From Candidatus Omnitrophota bacterium (GTDB taxonomy: Bacteria > Omnitrophota > Gorgyraeia > Duberdicusellales > 4484-171): 64,000 nucleotides of DNA. The translations under genes were made by a program, and so were the position numbers. The stretch is taken from NCBI GenBank assembly GCA_043823745.1, contig JBDRAN010000003.1, positions 2,958 through 66,957 on the forward strand, written 5' to 3'. This document shows positions 9,444-18,329 of the stretch, piece after piece (the first letter of the stretch is position 1; every line of letters begins with the position of its first letter). The notes beneath the pieces were generated by a model that was given only the letters and a program-made list of their open reading frames with translations, was not told the DNA's origin and did no database searches.

Positions 9444-9983
9444 ATGGAACTGCATATATTATTATTATTTATGATTATTGGTGCAATTGTGGCGATTGAA
9501 GCTCGGGATCTCTTGTCGAGCGTAATTGCCATAGGCGCGGTAGGTTTTGCATTATGTTTAGCTTTCTTGGTTTTAAAAGCGCCAGATTTAGCGATTACCC
9601 AGTTAGTAGTGGAGATTCTTTGTTTGATTATTTTAATCCGCGCAACCATTAAGAGAGATTTACCTTTGACTATTGAAGGCCGTTGGATCTTTAACACACT
9701 TTCGACGTTAGCGTTCATTGCGGTATTTCTTTTCTTCGCCTATAATGCGCTGCAAGAATTACCGGCTTTTGGAAATCCCATCATGAGGGTGGTACAGAAA
9801 TATTTTGAAGAAGGGGTTAGTAAAACCGGGGCGGTAAACCTCGTTACGGCTGTAATCCTTGATTTTAGAGCCTATGATACCTTAGGCGAAGCCACGGTAT
9901 TATTTACTTCGGTAATCGGCATTATGGCAGTTTTGCGCCAACGGGGAAGAAAAAAAATAGAGGAGACCGAGGATGATCGATAA
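9444..9983 (+). CDS. Mrp/Mbh membrane subunit (MnhB N-domain-like, DUF4040)
   Basis: Polytopic small subunit in a conserved Mrp-module position. Confidence 0.55.
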   Translation: MELHILLLFMIIGAIVAIEARDLLSSVIAIGAVGFALCLAFLVLKAPDLAITQLVVEILCLIILIRATIKRDLPLTIEGRWIFNTLSTLAFIAVFLFFAYNALQELPAFGNPIMRVVQKYFEEGVSKTGAVNLVTAVILDFRAYDTLGEATVLFTSVIGIMAVLRQRGRKKIEETEDDR

Positions 9984-10422
9984 TCCTAAAACAGGGATGT
10001 CTTTAATTGTAAAGACCATTACCCGCCTAACCATAGGCTTGATACTAATTTTTGGCATCTATATTGTTTTACACGGCCATCTCTCTCCGGGGGGCGGATT
10101 TGCGGGAGGCGTAATTATTGCTCTTTCTTTTGTGCATCTTATGCTTGCGTTTGGCAAAGAGGCAGCGCTCAGCAAGATTACCAAAAATACCGCCGCCAGT
10201 TTAGAAAGTATCGGCGCTCTAATGTTTTTGTCTATAGCTTTATTGGGATTTTTGGGAGGATCATTTTTTCTAAATTTCATCGGCAAAGGGAAACCATTTC
10301 ATTTATTGAGCGCCGGAACTATTCCTTTAAGTAATATAGCAATCAGCTTAAAAGTGGGAGTAGGATTGTTTGCGATATTTTTAGCATTAACAGTACTAGA
10401 AGGGGTAAAGAAGAAAGATTGA
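9973..10422 (+). CDS. MrpB/MnhB-like subunit
   Basis: MnhB signature HGHLSPGGGFAGG. Confidence 0.7.
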   Translation: MIDNPKTGMSLIVKTITRLTIGLILIFGIYIVLHGHLSPGGGFAGGVIIALSFVHLMLAFGKEAALSKITKNTAASLESIGALMFLSIALLGFLGGSFFLNFIGKGKPFHLLSAGTIPLSNIAISLKVGVGLFAIFLALTVLEGVKKKD

Positions 10423-10475
10423 CCAATACGACTACTTGTACGGGTCAATGGCGCCAGAGGTAGCCAGCAAGAATC

Positions 10476-10814
10476 ATGAGCCTTTATTTTTTATGTTTAG
10501 CTTTATTTTGCGTGGGCCTTTACGGGGTGCTACGCAAACGAAACCTGGTTAAAATAATCATAGGCTTAGGAATCATAGAATATTCCATGAACCTATTTTT
10601 TGTTTTATTAGGTTACCGCGCGCACGGCCGCGCGCCCATTGACGCACAAGATCAAAACATTTTAACTATGGTTGATCCGCTCCCTCAAGCATTAGTGCTT
10701 ACCTCGATCGTCATCGGTTTAGGGGTTACGGCGTTAGTTATTTCGATCGCGGTCAGGATTTATGAAAAATACGGCACCTTTGATATCACAAAAATAAAAA
10801 AACTTAAAGGTTAA
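10476..10814 (+). CDS. MrpC/NuoK-like subunit
   Basis: Three-TM protein of about 110 aa with a NuoK-like profile. Confidence 0.7.
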   Translation: MSLYFLCLALFCVGLYGVLRKRNLVKIIIGLGIIEYSMNLFFVLLGYRAHGRAPIDAQDQNILTMVDPLPQALVLTSIVIGLGVTALVISIAVRIYEKYGTFDITKIKKLKG

Positions 10815-12320
10815 ATGCATAACGCAAACATTATTCCTTTTTTTGTCATTATACCGCTCCTGTGCGCCTTTTTGGTTTCTCTTTTAGGTAGATACTTAAA
10901 ACGTACTTTTGTTCATTCGCTCTCAGTGATCTCCTGCTTTTTGCTGATGCTTCTTTCTTTTTACAGCCTGTATATTTTACGCAGCAACCCGACTTTGGTT
11001 TATAAAATTGGCGGGTGGCTTCCGCCCTTTGGTATTTGCATGGTCTTAGACGGCTTAAGCTGTTTTATGCTGATAACCGTAAATCTGGTTGCTTTCTTTG
11101 TCTGTATATATTCGCTGAGCTATATGGAAAAATATACGGATAAGCCAAAGTTTTATACTTTGTTTTTCTTAATGCTGACCGGCATGAACGGCTTAATTGT
11201 AACCGGGGACTTATTCAATCTCTTTGTCTTCTTAGAAATTGCTTCAATCGCTAGTTACGCATTAGTTGCTTTCGGCACCGAGGCAGAGGAACTCGAAGCA
11301 GCTTTTAAATATACCATTATGGGCTCGGTTGCTTCCAGTTTCATTTTCATCGCAATTGCGTTCTTGTACGGCTTTACTTCCACCCTGAATATGGCTGATA
11401 TGGCGCAGATTTTAAGCGCAAAACCAAATACGTTCCTTATTCCTTTTGTGTCTGTGCTTTTTTTAATGGGTTTTGGGTTAAAGGCAGCCCTGGTGCCTTT
11501 TCATGCCTGGCTTCCCGATGCGCACCCTTCCGCGCCTGCCTCGATATCTGCTATGCTTTCAGGCGTTTTAATCAAGGCTTTGGGTGTGTATGCGTTAGTG
11601 CGTATTTTCTTTAATATTATTGGTGTTACCAACGGTTTCCTCTCGACTTTAATGTTTTTGGGGGCACTTTCAATGCTGGTGGGAGTAATTTTAGCGCTTT
11701 CCCAATGGGATTTAAAAAGGCTCCTCGCATACCACTCCATAAGCCAAATTGGCTATGTAGTGTTAGGTATTGGCTTAGGCACGCCCTTGGGGATATTGGG
11801 CGGCTTGTTTCATCTCTTTAATCATTCCATATTTAAATCTCTGCTTTTTTTAAACGCTGGGGCGATAGATTATGCTACGGGCACACGCGAGTTAAAGGAA
11901 ATGTCCGGCCTAAAAGAAAAAATGCCTATAACCTCTAATACTAATCTCATTGCCTCAATGTCTATTGCGGGAATCCCGCCGTTTAACGGTTTCTGGAGCA
12001 AACTTATCATTATTTTAGCCTGCGTGGAAACGGGCCATATTGGTTATGCGATCGCAGCAGTGCTTGGCTCTATTTTAACCTTAGCAAGTTTTATGAAAGT
12101 ACAAAAGTTTGCCTTCTTAGGTACACTGAGAGAAAAATATAAAAATATTACAGAAGTTCCTTTTACGATGAAGGTATCTATGATTTGTTTAGCCATAATA
12201 TGCATTTCCGGCGGACTTTTATTATTGCCGTCTTTTAAGTTTTTCCTTAATGGCGCCGTCAATACAGTGTTGGAAAGCAGAAACTATGCCACACTAGTTT
12301 TTGAAGCAGCTTTAAAATGA
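10815..12320 (+). CDS. Antiporter-like subunit (MrpD/NuoN family)
   Basis: About 500 aa and 14 TM helices, with the conserved PFHAWLPDAH motif. Confidence 0.8.
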   Translation: MHNANIIPFFVIIPLLCAFLVSLLGRYLKRTFVHSLSVISCFLLMLLSFYSLYILRSNPTLVYKIGGWLPPFGICMVLDGLSCFMLITVNLVAFFVCIYSLSYMEKYTDKPKFYTLFFLMLTGMNGLIVTGDLFNLFVFLEIASIASYALVAFGTEAEELEAAFKYTIMGSVASSFIFIAIAFLYGFTSTLNMADMAQILSAKPNTFLIPFVSVLFLMGFGLKAALVPFHAWLPDAHPSAPASISAMLSGVLIKALGVYALVRIFFNIIGVTNGFLSTLMFLGALSMLVGVILALSQWDLKRLLAYHSISQIGYVVLGIGLGTPLGILGGLFHLFNHSIFKSLLFLNAGAIDYATGTRELKEMSGLKEKMPITSNTNLIASMSIAGIPPFNGFWSKLIIILACVETGHIGYAIAAVLGSILTLASFMKVQKFAFLGTLREKYKNITEVPFTMKVSMICLAIICISGGLLLLPSFKFFLNGAVNTVLESRNYATLVFEAALK

Positions 12321-12811
12321 AAAGCAGAATTGTATTATTCATTTTTGGTTATGTTATTTGGATGCTTTTAGGCTGGTCGCTTGATTTTGCCAACGCTGTA
12401 GTGGGTATTTTTGTAGCAGGGCTTGTTGCTATGTTAACCGGTGATATGTTTAGCCGCAGGCCACATCACTTTAGCCACCTCAGTAGATATTTATGGTTTG
12501 CGTATTATGTTCCGTTATTTCTCTGGGAATGCCTTAAGGCAAATATTGATGTAGCCCTGCGGGTAAGTAATCCAAGATTACCCATCAATCCCGGTATCGT
12601 CAAGGTTAAAACAACGTTAAAATCAGATACTGCCCTTACTTTTCTGGCAAACTCCATTACGCTTACGCCGGGCACTTTTTGCGTAGATATAAACCCTAAA
12701 GAGAGCATTCTCTACATCCATTGGCTTCACGTTAAATCCCAAGATCAACAGAAGGCAACACAACTAATTGTAGATAAATTTGAGAAGGTTTTAAAAAAAA
12801 TATTTGAATAA
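12317..12811 (+). CDS. MrpE/MnhE-like subunit
   Basis: Size, TM pattern and position match MnhE. Confidence 0.6.
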   Translation: MKSRIVLFIFGYVIWMLLGWSLDFANAVVGIFVAGLVAMLTGDMFSRRPHHFSHLSRYLWFAYYVPLFLWECLKANIDVALRVSNPRLPINPGIVKVKTTLKSDTALTFLANSITLTPGTFCVDINPKESILYIHWLHVKSQDQQKATQLIVDKFEKVLKKIFE

Positions 12812-13182
12812 TGAAATTAAAATATACATATCTTAGCTGGTGCTTAGGGTTATTAGCTATATCCACGATATTATTTTTTATCAGTTTCTACCCGGTACCG
12901 TCACTCCTACGATGGCAATCACCAATACTTTCGCGCTGCTTTTTCATCTTAATGATGTGCTTCGGCATATGTTTGTGGCGGATAATACGGGGGCCAACTG
13001 CGGCTGACCGGGCAGTGGCTATAGATACTATTGGTATTTTGATTGTAGGCTTTTGCGCCATTCTCAGTATCTCCACTGCAAGAGATTGGTATATTGATAT
13101 TGCGATTGCCTGGGCACTGCAAAGTTTTATCGGAGCGCTCGCTTTGGCTAAATACTTGGAAGGCAAAGGGTTTGATGAATAG
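12811..13182 (+). CDS. MrpF/MnhF-like subunit
   Basis: Small three-TM protein in the MrpF position. Confidence 0.55.
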   Translation: MKLKYTYLSWCLGLLAISTILFFISFYPVPSLLRWQSPILSRCFFILMMCFGICLWRIIRGPTAADRAVAIDTIGILIVGFCAILSISTARDWYIDIAIAWALQSFIGALALAKYLEGKGFDE

Positions 13183-13226
13183 TACTGTCCACGCGCTATA
13201 AGACGAGATGTAAAACGGAGAAAACG

Positions 13227-13565
13227 ATGAACGAAATTATCGGATACATATTTATCGTAGTCGGGTTAGCTTTTGATATATTTGGCTGTGTCGGCCTAAT
13301 CCGCCTTCCTGATGTATACACCCGTCTGCAAGCAACTACCAAATGCGTTACGTTAGGCACGTGCAGTATTCTTGTGGGCACCATCATTATCAAAGGTTTT
13401 ACGGGCACCGGAATAAAGGCTTTTTTATGCATAATATTTTTGCTTTTAACTGCTCCCGTTGCCGCACATGCGCTTTCTCGCGGCGCGCACGCGGCGGGAG
13501 TAAAACTCTGGGAAAAATCAGTTTGCGATAAATACGCTGATGATAAAAAAACAAAGAAAATCTAA
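13227..13565 (+). CDS. MrpG/MnhG-like subunit
   Basis: MnhG signature LIRLPDVYTRLQATTKCVTLG. Confidence 0.75.
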   Translation: MNEIIGYIFIVVGLAFDIFGCVGLIRLPDVYTRLQATTKCVTLGTCSILVGTIIIKGFTGTGIKAFLCIIFLLLTAPVAAHALSRGAHAAGVKLWEKSVCDKYADDKKTKKI

Positions 13566-13581
13566 ATTGAACGGGTAAGAT

Positions 13582-14184
13582 ATGAAATATCCAAAATTAA
13601 GAGAAATCAAGGGCGCGTTACAATCTTTATTTACGAAAGCCTATACCGCAAAGTTTCCCTTTGCGCCCCATACGCCTTCTGCGCATTTTCGGGGAAAACC
13701 TTATTATGATGAAGAAAAATGTATCGGCTGCACTGCGTGCGTCAATGTCTGCCCATCCGGAGCATTGAGCTTTGATGATGAAAGCTCCAAGGAAAACGCC
13801 CTGCGGAGACTTACCGTGCGTTGGGATATCTGTATCGAATGCGGCCAGTGCCAGCTTAATTGTCCGACCGAAGAAGGTATAAAGCTTTCTGGGGAGTTTG
13901 ATATCTCGACCACCGAAAAGCGGGATGATCTGCATCAAAATATCGAAAAAGAAATGGTAATCTGCGAACATTGCAACAGTCCGATTGCATGCAAAGACCA
14001 CATTGTCTGGACCATACAAAAATTAGGGCCACTCTACACCACCAACACTTCCCTAATAAACTTTCAGCAACAATCTCTCCAGGCCGGCGATACAATTCCA
14101 AAAAAAGAAAACACCATCGGACGATCCGATCGTTTTAAGGTCCTGTGCCCGGCCTGCCGCAGAGAAGCAGTGTTTAGTTCATAA
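13582..14184 (+). CDS. NuoI-like 2x[4Fe-4S] subunit (HycF/EchF/MbhN-like) with a Cys-containing C-terminal extension
   Basis: CIGCTACVNVCP and CIECGQCQLNCP motifs. The extension carries extra CEHC...C and CPAC cysteines. Confidence 0.8.
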   Translation: MKYPKLREIKGALQSLFTKAYTAKFPFAPHTPSAHFRGKPYYDEEKCIGCTACVNVCPSGALSFDDESSKENALRRLTVRWDICIECGQCQLNCPTEEGIKLSGEFDISTTEKRDDLHQNIEKEMVICEHCNSPIACKDHIVWTIQKLGPLYTTNTSLINFQQQSLQAGDTIPKKENTIGRSDRFKVLCPACRREAVFSS

Positions 14185-14227
14185 ACGCTAATTACCGCTA
14201 ATCTAAAAACGCTAATAACCGCTAATA
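14185..14227 (+). repeat. Direct repeat aacgctaatWaccgctaat x2 (CGCTAAT motif family)
   Basis: Related inverted copies occur at 18268-18320 and 21130-21150. Confidence 0.6.
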
Positions 14228-14241
14228 AAAAAATCACGCCC

Positions 14242-15345
14242 ATGCAAAAAACGCCCCGATGTCTGGCTTTCGATCTCGGTAAGGTGATTTTTGATTTTGA
14301 CTATACGGTTGCGCTCGAACGCATCAAGAATGACATCACGGTGCCCATCGAAAAGGTGCTGGATGAAGTCTTTATGAATAATTGTTTCCTTGATTTTGAA
14401 AAAGGGCTCGTTTCAGACAAAGAGTTTTACGCGCAATTTATCCGTACCTTCGGCTCATCGATTTCCTATGGTAGATTCGTTGATATCTGGTCTGATATTT
14501 TTACTCCTAAACAGGAAATTATCACGCTCCTGGGCCGGCTGCGTCTGCTATACCCGCTGTACCTGGTCTCAAACATCAATGAATTGCACTACGAACATCT
14601 ATACCGCAAACACCCCGATGTTTTTGGCCTTTTCAATGGGCTCCTGCTTTCCTATCAATTAAAATCACTAAAGCCGGAAGAGAAATTTTACGCGCATCTA
14701 AAAAAAGTAAGCGGTTGCGAATACCGGGAAATCGTCTATGTTGACGACCGCAAAGATTTAATTGACGCCGCGCAAAAACTTAACCTTGCCTGTATACTGT
14801 TCCAGGATTTCACGACGCTTCTTGAGGGCCTCGTGCAGGCGGGAATAGAAATTCCTACTGGCGCTGAAGCGAATACGCTCACCAGGCTACGAAACACTCT
14901 CTCCGGCGCAAAACGCCCACTCATTGTCGGTATCGGAAACACGATGCGCGCTGACGATGGGGCAGGTGCCGTGATTGCTGCGACACTTGTTGGCGCCATC
15001 AACATCACCGTCATCAACGCCGGCGCATCAATTGAAAATTATCTTGGAAAAATTGACCATTACAATCCTGACTGCGTCATTATTGTTGATGCGGCTGAGT
15101 TCCAGGAACATGAACGCTTCGCGCTGTATGACGTAGGTATGCTACAAAACATCTCTTTACATCTTACACATGACTCGTCGCTGAAACTGGCTCTTACCTA
15201 CTTGCAAAATATAAAACCCTCTGATATACTGATTTTGACGATTAGGCCAAAAACATTCACACTCGGCGCGCCGATGAGTGCTGACGTACATACGACCGTG
15301 GAAATTCTTAATACATTTTTCTTAAATAATTTTCGATTATCATGA
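14242..15345 (+). CDS. Fusion protein: N-terminal HAD-superfamily hydrolase domain + C-terminal hydrogenase maturation endopeptidase (HycI/HybD family)
   Basis: The N-terminal half has DxD-type HAD motifs (FDLGKVIFDFDYT, YVDDRKD). The C-terminal roughly 150 aa carry a HycI-like GIGNTMRADDGAGAV motif and look HycI-like throughout. Confidence 0.7.
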   Translation: MQKTPRCLAFDLGKVIFDFDYTVALERIKNDITVPIEKVLDEVFMNNCFLDFEKGLVSDKEFYAQFIRTFGSSISYGRFVDIWSDIFTPKQEIITLLGRLRLLYPLYLVSNINELHYEHLYRKHPDVFGLFNGLLLSYQLKSLKPEEKFYAHLKKVSGCEYREIVYVDDRKDLIDAAQKLNLACILFQDFTTLLEGLVQAGIEIPTGAEANTLTRLRNTLSGAKRPLIVGIGNTMRADDGAGAVIAATLVGAINITVINAGASIENYLGKIDHYNPDCVIIVDAAEFQEHERFALYDVGMLQNISLHLTHDSSLKLALTYLQNIKPSDILILTIRPKTFTLGAPMSADVHTTVEILNTFFLNNFRLS

Positions 15346-15716
15346 AGCGTCTTATACTCATTCTTATGGTAGTGCCTATGCTTTGTTCAGGCTGTATACC
15401 CCTTTTAGTGGGGGCCGGCGTCGTAACCGGGTATTCGTTAAGTAATGACGCTGCGATCGGAAACCTTTCGGTTCAATATGACCGCCTCTGGAAGCGCTGC
15501 GAACTAACACTTGAAAAAATGCAAGCAACGATCCTAGAAGCCAAACAATCAAAAGGCCTCATCAAGGCACGTATGTCGGATAATGATGTAACGATTAGAA
15601 TCGACACCATTGACAACGCAAACCAGCGCTTACGGGTCTCTGCGCGGCGGTTCATGATGCCCAAACCACAATTTGCCCAAAAAGTCTTCTTTAAAATCAC
15701 CGAAAACCTTAAGTGA
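15342..15716 (+). CDS. Lipoprotein, hypothetical
   Basis: Signal peptide with a Cys lipobox (MLCSGC). Confidence 0.5.
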   Translation: MKRLILILMVVPMLCSGCIPLLVGAGVVTGYSLSNDAAIGNLSVQYDRLWKRCELTLEKMQATILEAKQSKGLIKARMSDNDVTIRIDTIDNANQRLRVSARRFMMPKPQFAQKVFFKITENLK

Positions 15717-16507
15717 AAGAACTACTTCTTGCATTTAGCCTCCTGTTTGCTGCCTGCACTCCGGAACTAACCACAAAACCATCAGAAGTAATTTCAAATT
15801 ATAATGATGTTGGGGTTCTTGAAGTAATCGACGGCGACACCATTAAGCTTGCCGACGGAAAACTTCTGCGTTATATCGGGATTGACACTCCGGAAACCCG
15901 CATCAAAAAAGGAAACCGTTTCATCTATTCCCCCCAGCCGGGAGCGGTAGAAGCAACTACGTTTAATAAATCACTGGTGTCCGGAAAAAAGGTACGTATT
16001 GAGTTTGATGTGCAAAAAACCGACAAATATGGCAGGCTCCTTGGATACTGCTACGTCGGTGATACGTTCGTCAATGCCCGACTGATAGAGGAGGGTTACG
16101 CCGTCCTTTTAACCTATCCGCCGAACGTCAAATACGCTGATCTTTTCGTAAAGCTTCAGAAACAAGCACGCGAGGCCCGGCGCGGCCTCTGGGGAGCCTA
16201 TGCGGTCATTGATCATGCCCAGGCACACCGCTTCATCAACCAGGTACGCACCGTCCGCGGGACTGTGCTCAATACGCATCTTACAAAAAAATGCATGCTG
16301 TTGAATTTTGGAAGTAACTATAAAGACGACTTCACCATTGTCATTTTTGCCAACTCATATCGATTTTTCGAAAAAGCCGGTATCGACCCGCTAACCTTTT
16401 ATAAAGGGAAAACCGTCCAGGCCACCGGCAGAATCCGCTCCTATAACGGCCCGGAAATCATTGCAAATGGCCCGCTGGATATAGAAGTCGTGGGGGCTTC
16501 TTCATAA
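15713..16507 (+). CDS. Secreted thermonuclease (SNase/staphylococcal-nuclease-like) lipoprotein
   Basis: Lipobox AAC and the SNase core motifs VIDGDTIKL...IDTPET...KYGRLL. Confidence 0.75.
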   Translation: MKELLLAFSLLFAACTPELTTKPSEVISNYNDVGVLEVIDGDTIKLADGKLLRYIGIDTPETRIKKGNRFIYSPQPGAVEATTFNKSLVSGKKVRIEFDVQKTDKYGRLLGYCYVGDTFVNARLIEEGYAVLLTYPPNVKYADLFVKLQKQAREARRGLWGAYAVIDHAQAHRFINQVRTVRGTVLNTHLTKKCMLLNFGSNYKDDFTIVIFANSYRFFEKAGIDPLTFYKGKTVQATGRIRSYNGPEIIANGPLDIEVVGASS

Positions 16508-16657
16508 AATCACTGTTACAGGATTCTATTTACCCCCCCCTCAATACTGTACCTTGATACCTGACACTTCAATATTTAATAAACTACTTACGCCGAAAAA
16601 ATACATTTGCAACCCCTCTCGAATTACATGCATTTTTTCGGCATACCTCGACGTAAT

Positions 16658-16719
16658 CTGAAATTTGCCTTAAAATTACAGGCAAATTTCAGCCCCACAG
16701 GGCGTCCCTGGGGGACAGC
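16658..16719 (+). repeat. 13-bp perfect hairpin (ctgaaatttgcct...aggcaaatttcag) followed by a diverged copy of the 26-nt repeat unit (cagccccacagggcgtccctgggggacagc)
   Basis: The 29-nt segment matches the tandem-array unit at 28992-29101 with about 4 mismatches. Confidence 0.55.
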
Positions 16720-16825
16720 GTCGACCCCTGTTCAAGCTACGGGTGGGGCAGAAAATGCCCCCATCTTCATCGAAGTTCTCGGTGCATTTTCTGGGTAAAA
16801 AGATTTTACTTAAAAAAATAAAATT

Positions 16826-16840
16826 TTAGTGTATAATATG
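16826..16840 (+). promoter_or_regulatory. Extended -10 promoter (TGTATAAT) upstream of glyQS
   Basis: tagtgtataat lies about 95 nt upstream of ATG 16934. Confidence 0.4.
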
Positions 16841-16933
16841 GCTTCCTTTGGGGGGAGGCAGGTTTACCACTGCTAAAAGGTACAGGCACTCCCTGGCACA
16901 CTTTTTCAATAACCACACACAATAAAAGAAAAA

Positions 16934-18277
16934 ATGGCTGAAGACAAACTGACGAAAATAGTATCTCTTTGCCGCAGGCGGGGTTTTGTATTCGGGGGTT
17001 CAGAGATCTACGGTGGCCTTGCGAGCTTCTGGGATTACGGACCCCTGGGGGTAAGGCTTAAGAAGAAAATCAAGGATGTCTGGTGGGATACCTACGTAAA
17101 CCGCCGCAACGACATCGTCGGCCTTGATTCCAGTATCATCATGCATGAAGATGTTTTCCGTGCCTCCGGCCACTTGGAAGGTTTTGCTGACTTGCTGGTT
17201 GATTGCCCGGGATGTAAGAAACGCTTTCGCCTTGATAAGCTTGAAAAAATTTCAGAAAACCTTTATTCCTGCCCTGATTGCAGCGCCAAAATCGATACTC
17301 AAAAAAGTAAAGCGCGTAAATTTAACCTCATGCTTAAAACCAACGTCAGCGCGACCGAAGATGAACCAACCTACGGTTACCTGCGACCTGAAACCGCACA
17401 GGGCATTTTTACTAACTTTGCGAATGTGCTCGATACCACTCACAAAAAACTCCCCTTAGGCATCGCACAAATCGGAAAAGCCTTCAGAAACGAAGTAACT
17501 ACGGGGAGCTTTATCTTCCGAATGAAAGAATTCGAGCAAATGGAAATTGAGTACTTTGTTAACCCGCACGATTCCGACGAATACTACCGCCAATGGGTCA
17601 CGGAACGCTTTACCTTTTACGTTGAAAAAATCGGCTTGAGCAAGGAAAACTTACGGCTGCGCGAGCATGGCAAAGAAGAGCTTGCGCATTACGCTAAATC
17701 CTGCACCGATATCGAATTCAATTTTCCGTTTGGCTGGAGCGAGCTCGAGGGAATTGCGAACCGCGGAAACTTCGATTTAACCGAACATTCACGGGTAAGC
17801 AAAAAAGATCTTTCTTACTACGACGACCAGAAAAAAGAACGATTTGTCCCTTTTGTCATCGAACCTTCCAGCGGCGTGGACAGAACGTTCTTTGCGGTAA
17901 TCAGCGACGCCTACTATGAAGAAGTGGTCAAAGATAAAGTACGCGTGGTATTGAAGTTTAAACCCTCGATGGCCCCGTACACTGCGGCAGTATTTCCCTT
18001 ACTTAAAAATCGGCCGGAGCTGGTCGAACTTGCAAAAAATATTTTTTGTGATATAAAAGAAAAATTCCCTGCCGTATACGATGATTCCGGCGCGATCGGG
18101 AAACTTTATCGCCGGCAGGATGAAATCGGAACGCCATTCTGTATTACCGTTGACGTAGAAAGCCTGAATGACGGTAAAATCACCGTCCGCGACCGCGACA
18201 GCATGCAACAGGAACGTATCGCTGCGGATAAAGTATTAGAATTTCTTGTGGAAAAAGTAACTAACGCTTACCATTAG
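16934..18277 (+). CDS. glyQS: Glycine--tRNA ligase, alpha2 homodimeric type
   Basis: Class II aaRS motifs over 447 aa, similar throughout to the archaeal/eukaryotic-type GlyRS. Confidence 0.9.
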   Translation: MAEDKLTKIVSLCRRRGFVFGGSEIYGGLASFWDYGPLGVRLKKKIKDVWWDTYVNRRNDIVGLDSSIIMHEDVFRASGHLEGFADLLVDCPGCKKRFRLDKLEKISENLYSCPDCSAKIDTQKSKARKFNLMLKTNVSATEDEPTYGYLRPETAQGIFTNFANVLDTTHKKLPLGIAQIGKAFRNEVTTGSFIFRMKEFEQMEIEYFVNPHDSDEYYRQWVTERFTFYVEKIGLSKENLRLREHGKEELAHYAKSCTDIEFNFPFGWSELEGIANRGNFDLTEHSRVSKKDLSYYDDQKKERFVPFVIEPSSGVDRTFFAVISDAYYEEVVKDKVRVVLKFKPSMAPYTAAVFPLLKNRPELVELAKNIFCDIKEKFPAVYDDSGAIGKLYRRQDEIGTPFCITVDVESLNDGKITVRDRDSMQQERIAADKVLEFLVEKVTNAYH

Positions 18278-18329
18278 CGGTAATTCGCGCTTTAAATTAG
18301 CGTAAATTAGCGTCCAAAAGGAGGACACC

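Noticed and set aside
16607-16798. 63-aa ORF in the glyQS upstream region
   Set aside because: - It overlaps a hairpin and a repeat-unit copy.
- It has no RBS and low coding quality.
- I treat the region as a structured leader/intergenic.
16800-16933. Possible T-box leader upstream of glyQS
   Set aside because: - The leader is only about 95 nt after the extended -10.
- It lacks a specifier loop / T-box sequence (AATTAGGGTGGNACCGCG).
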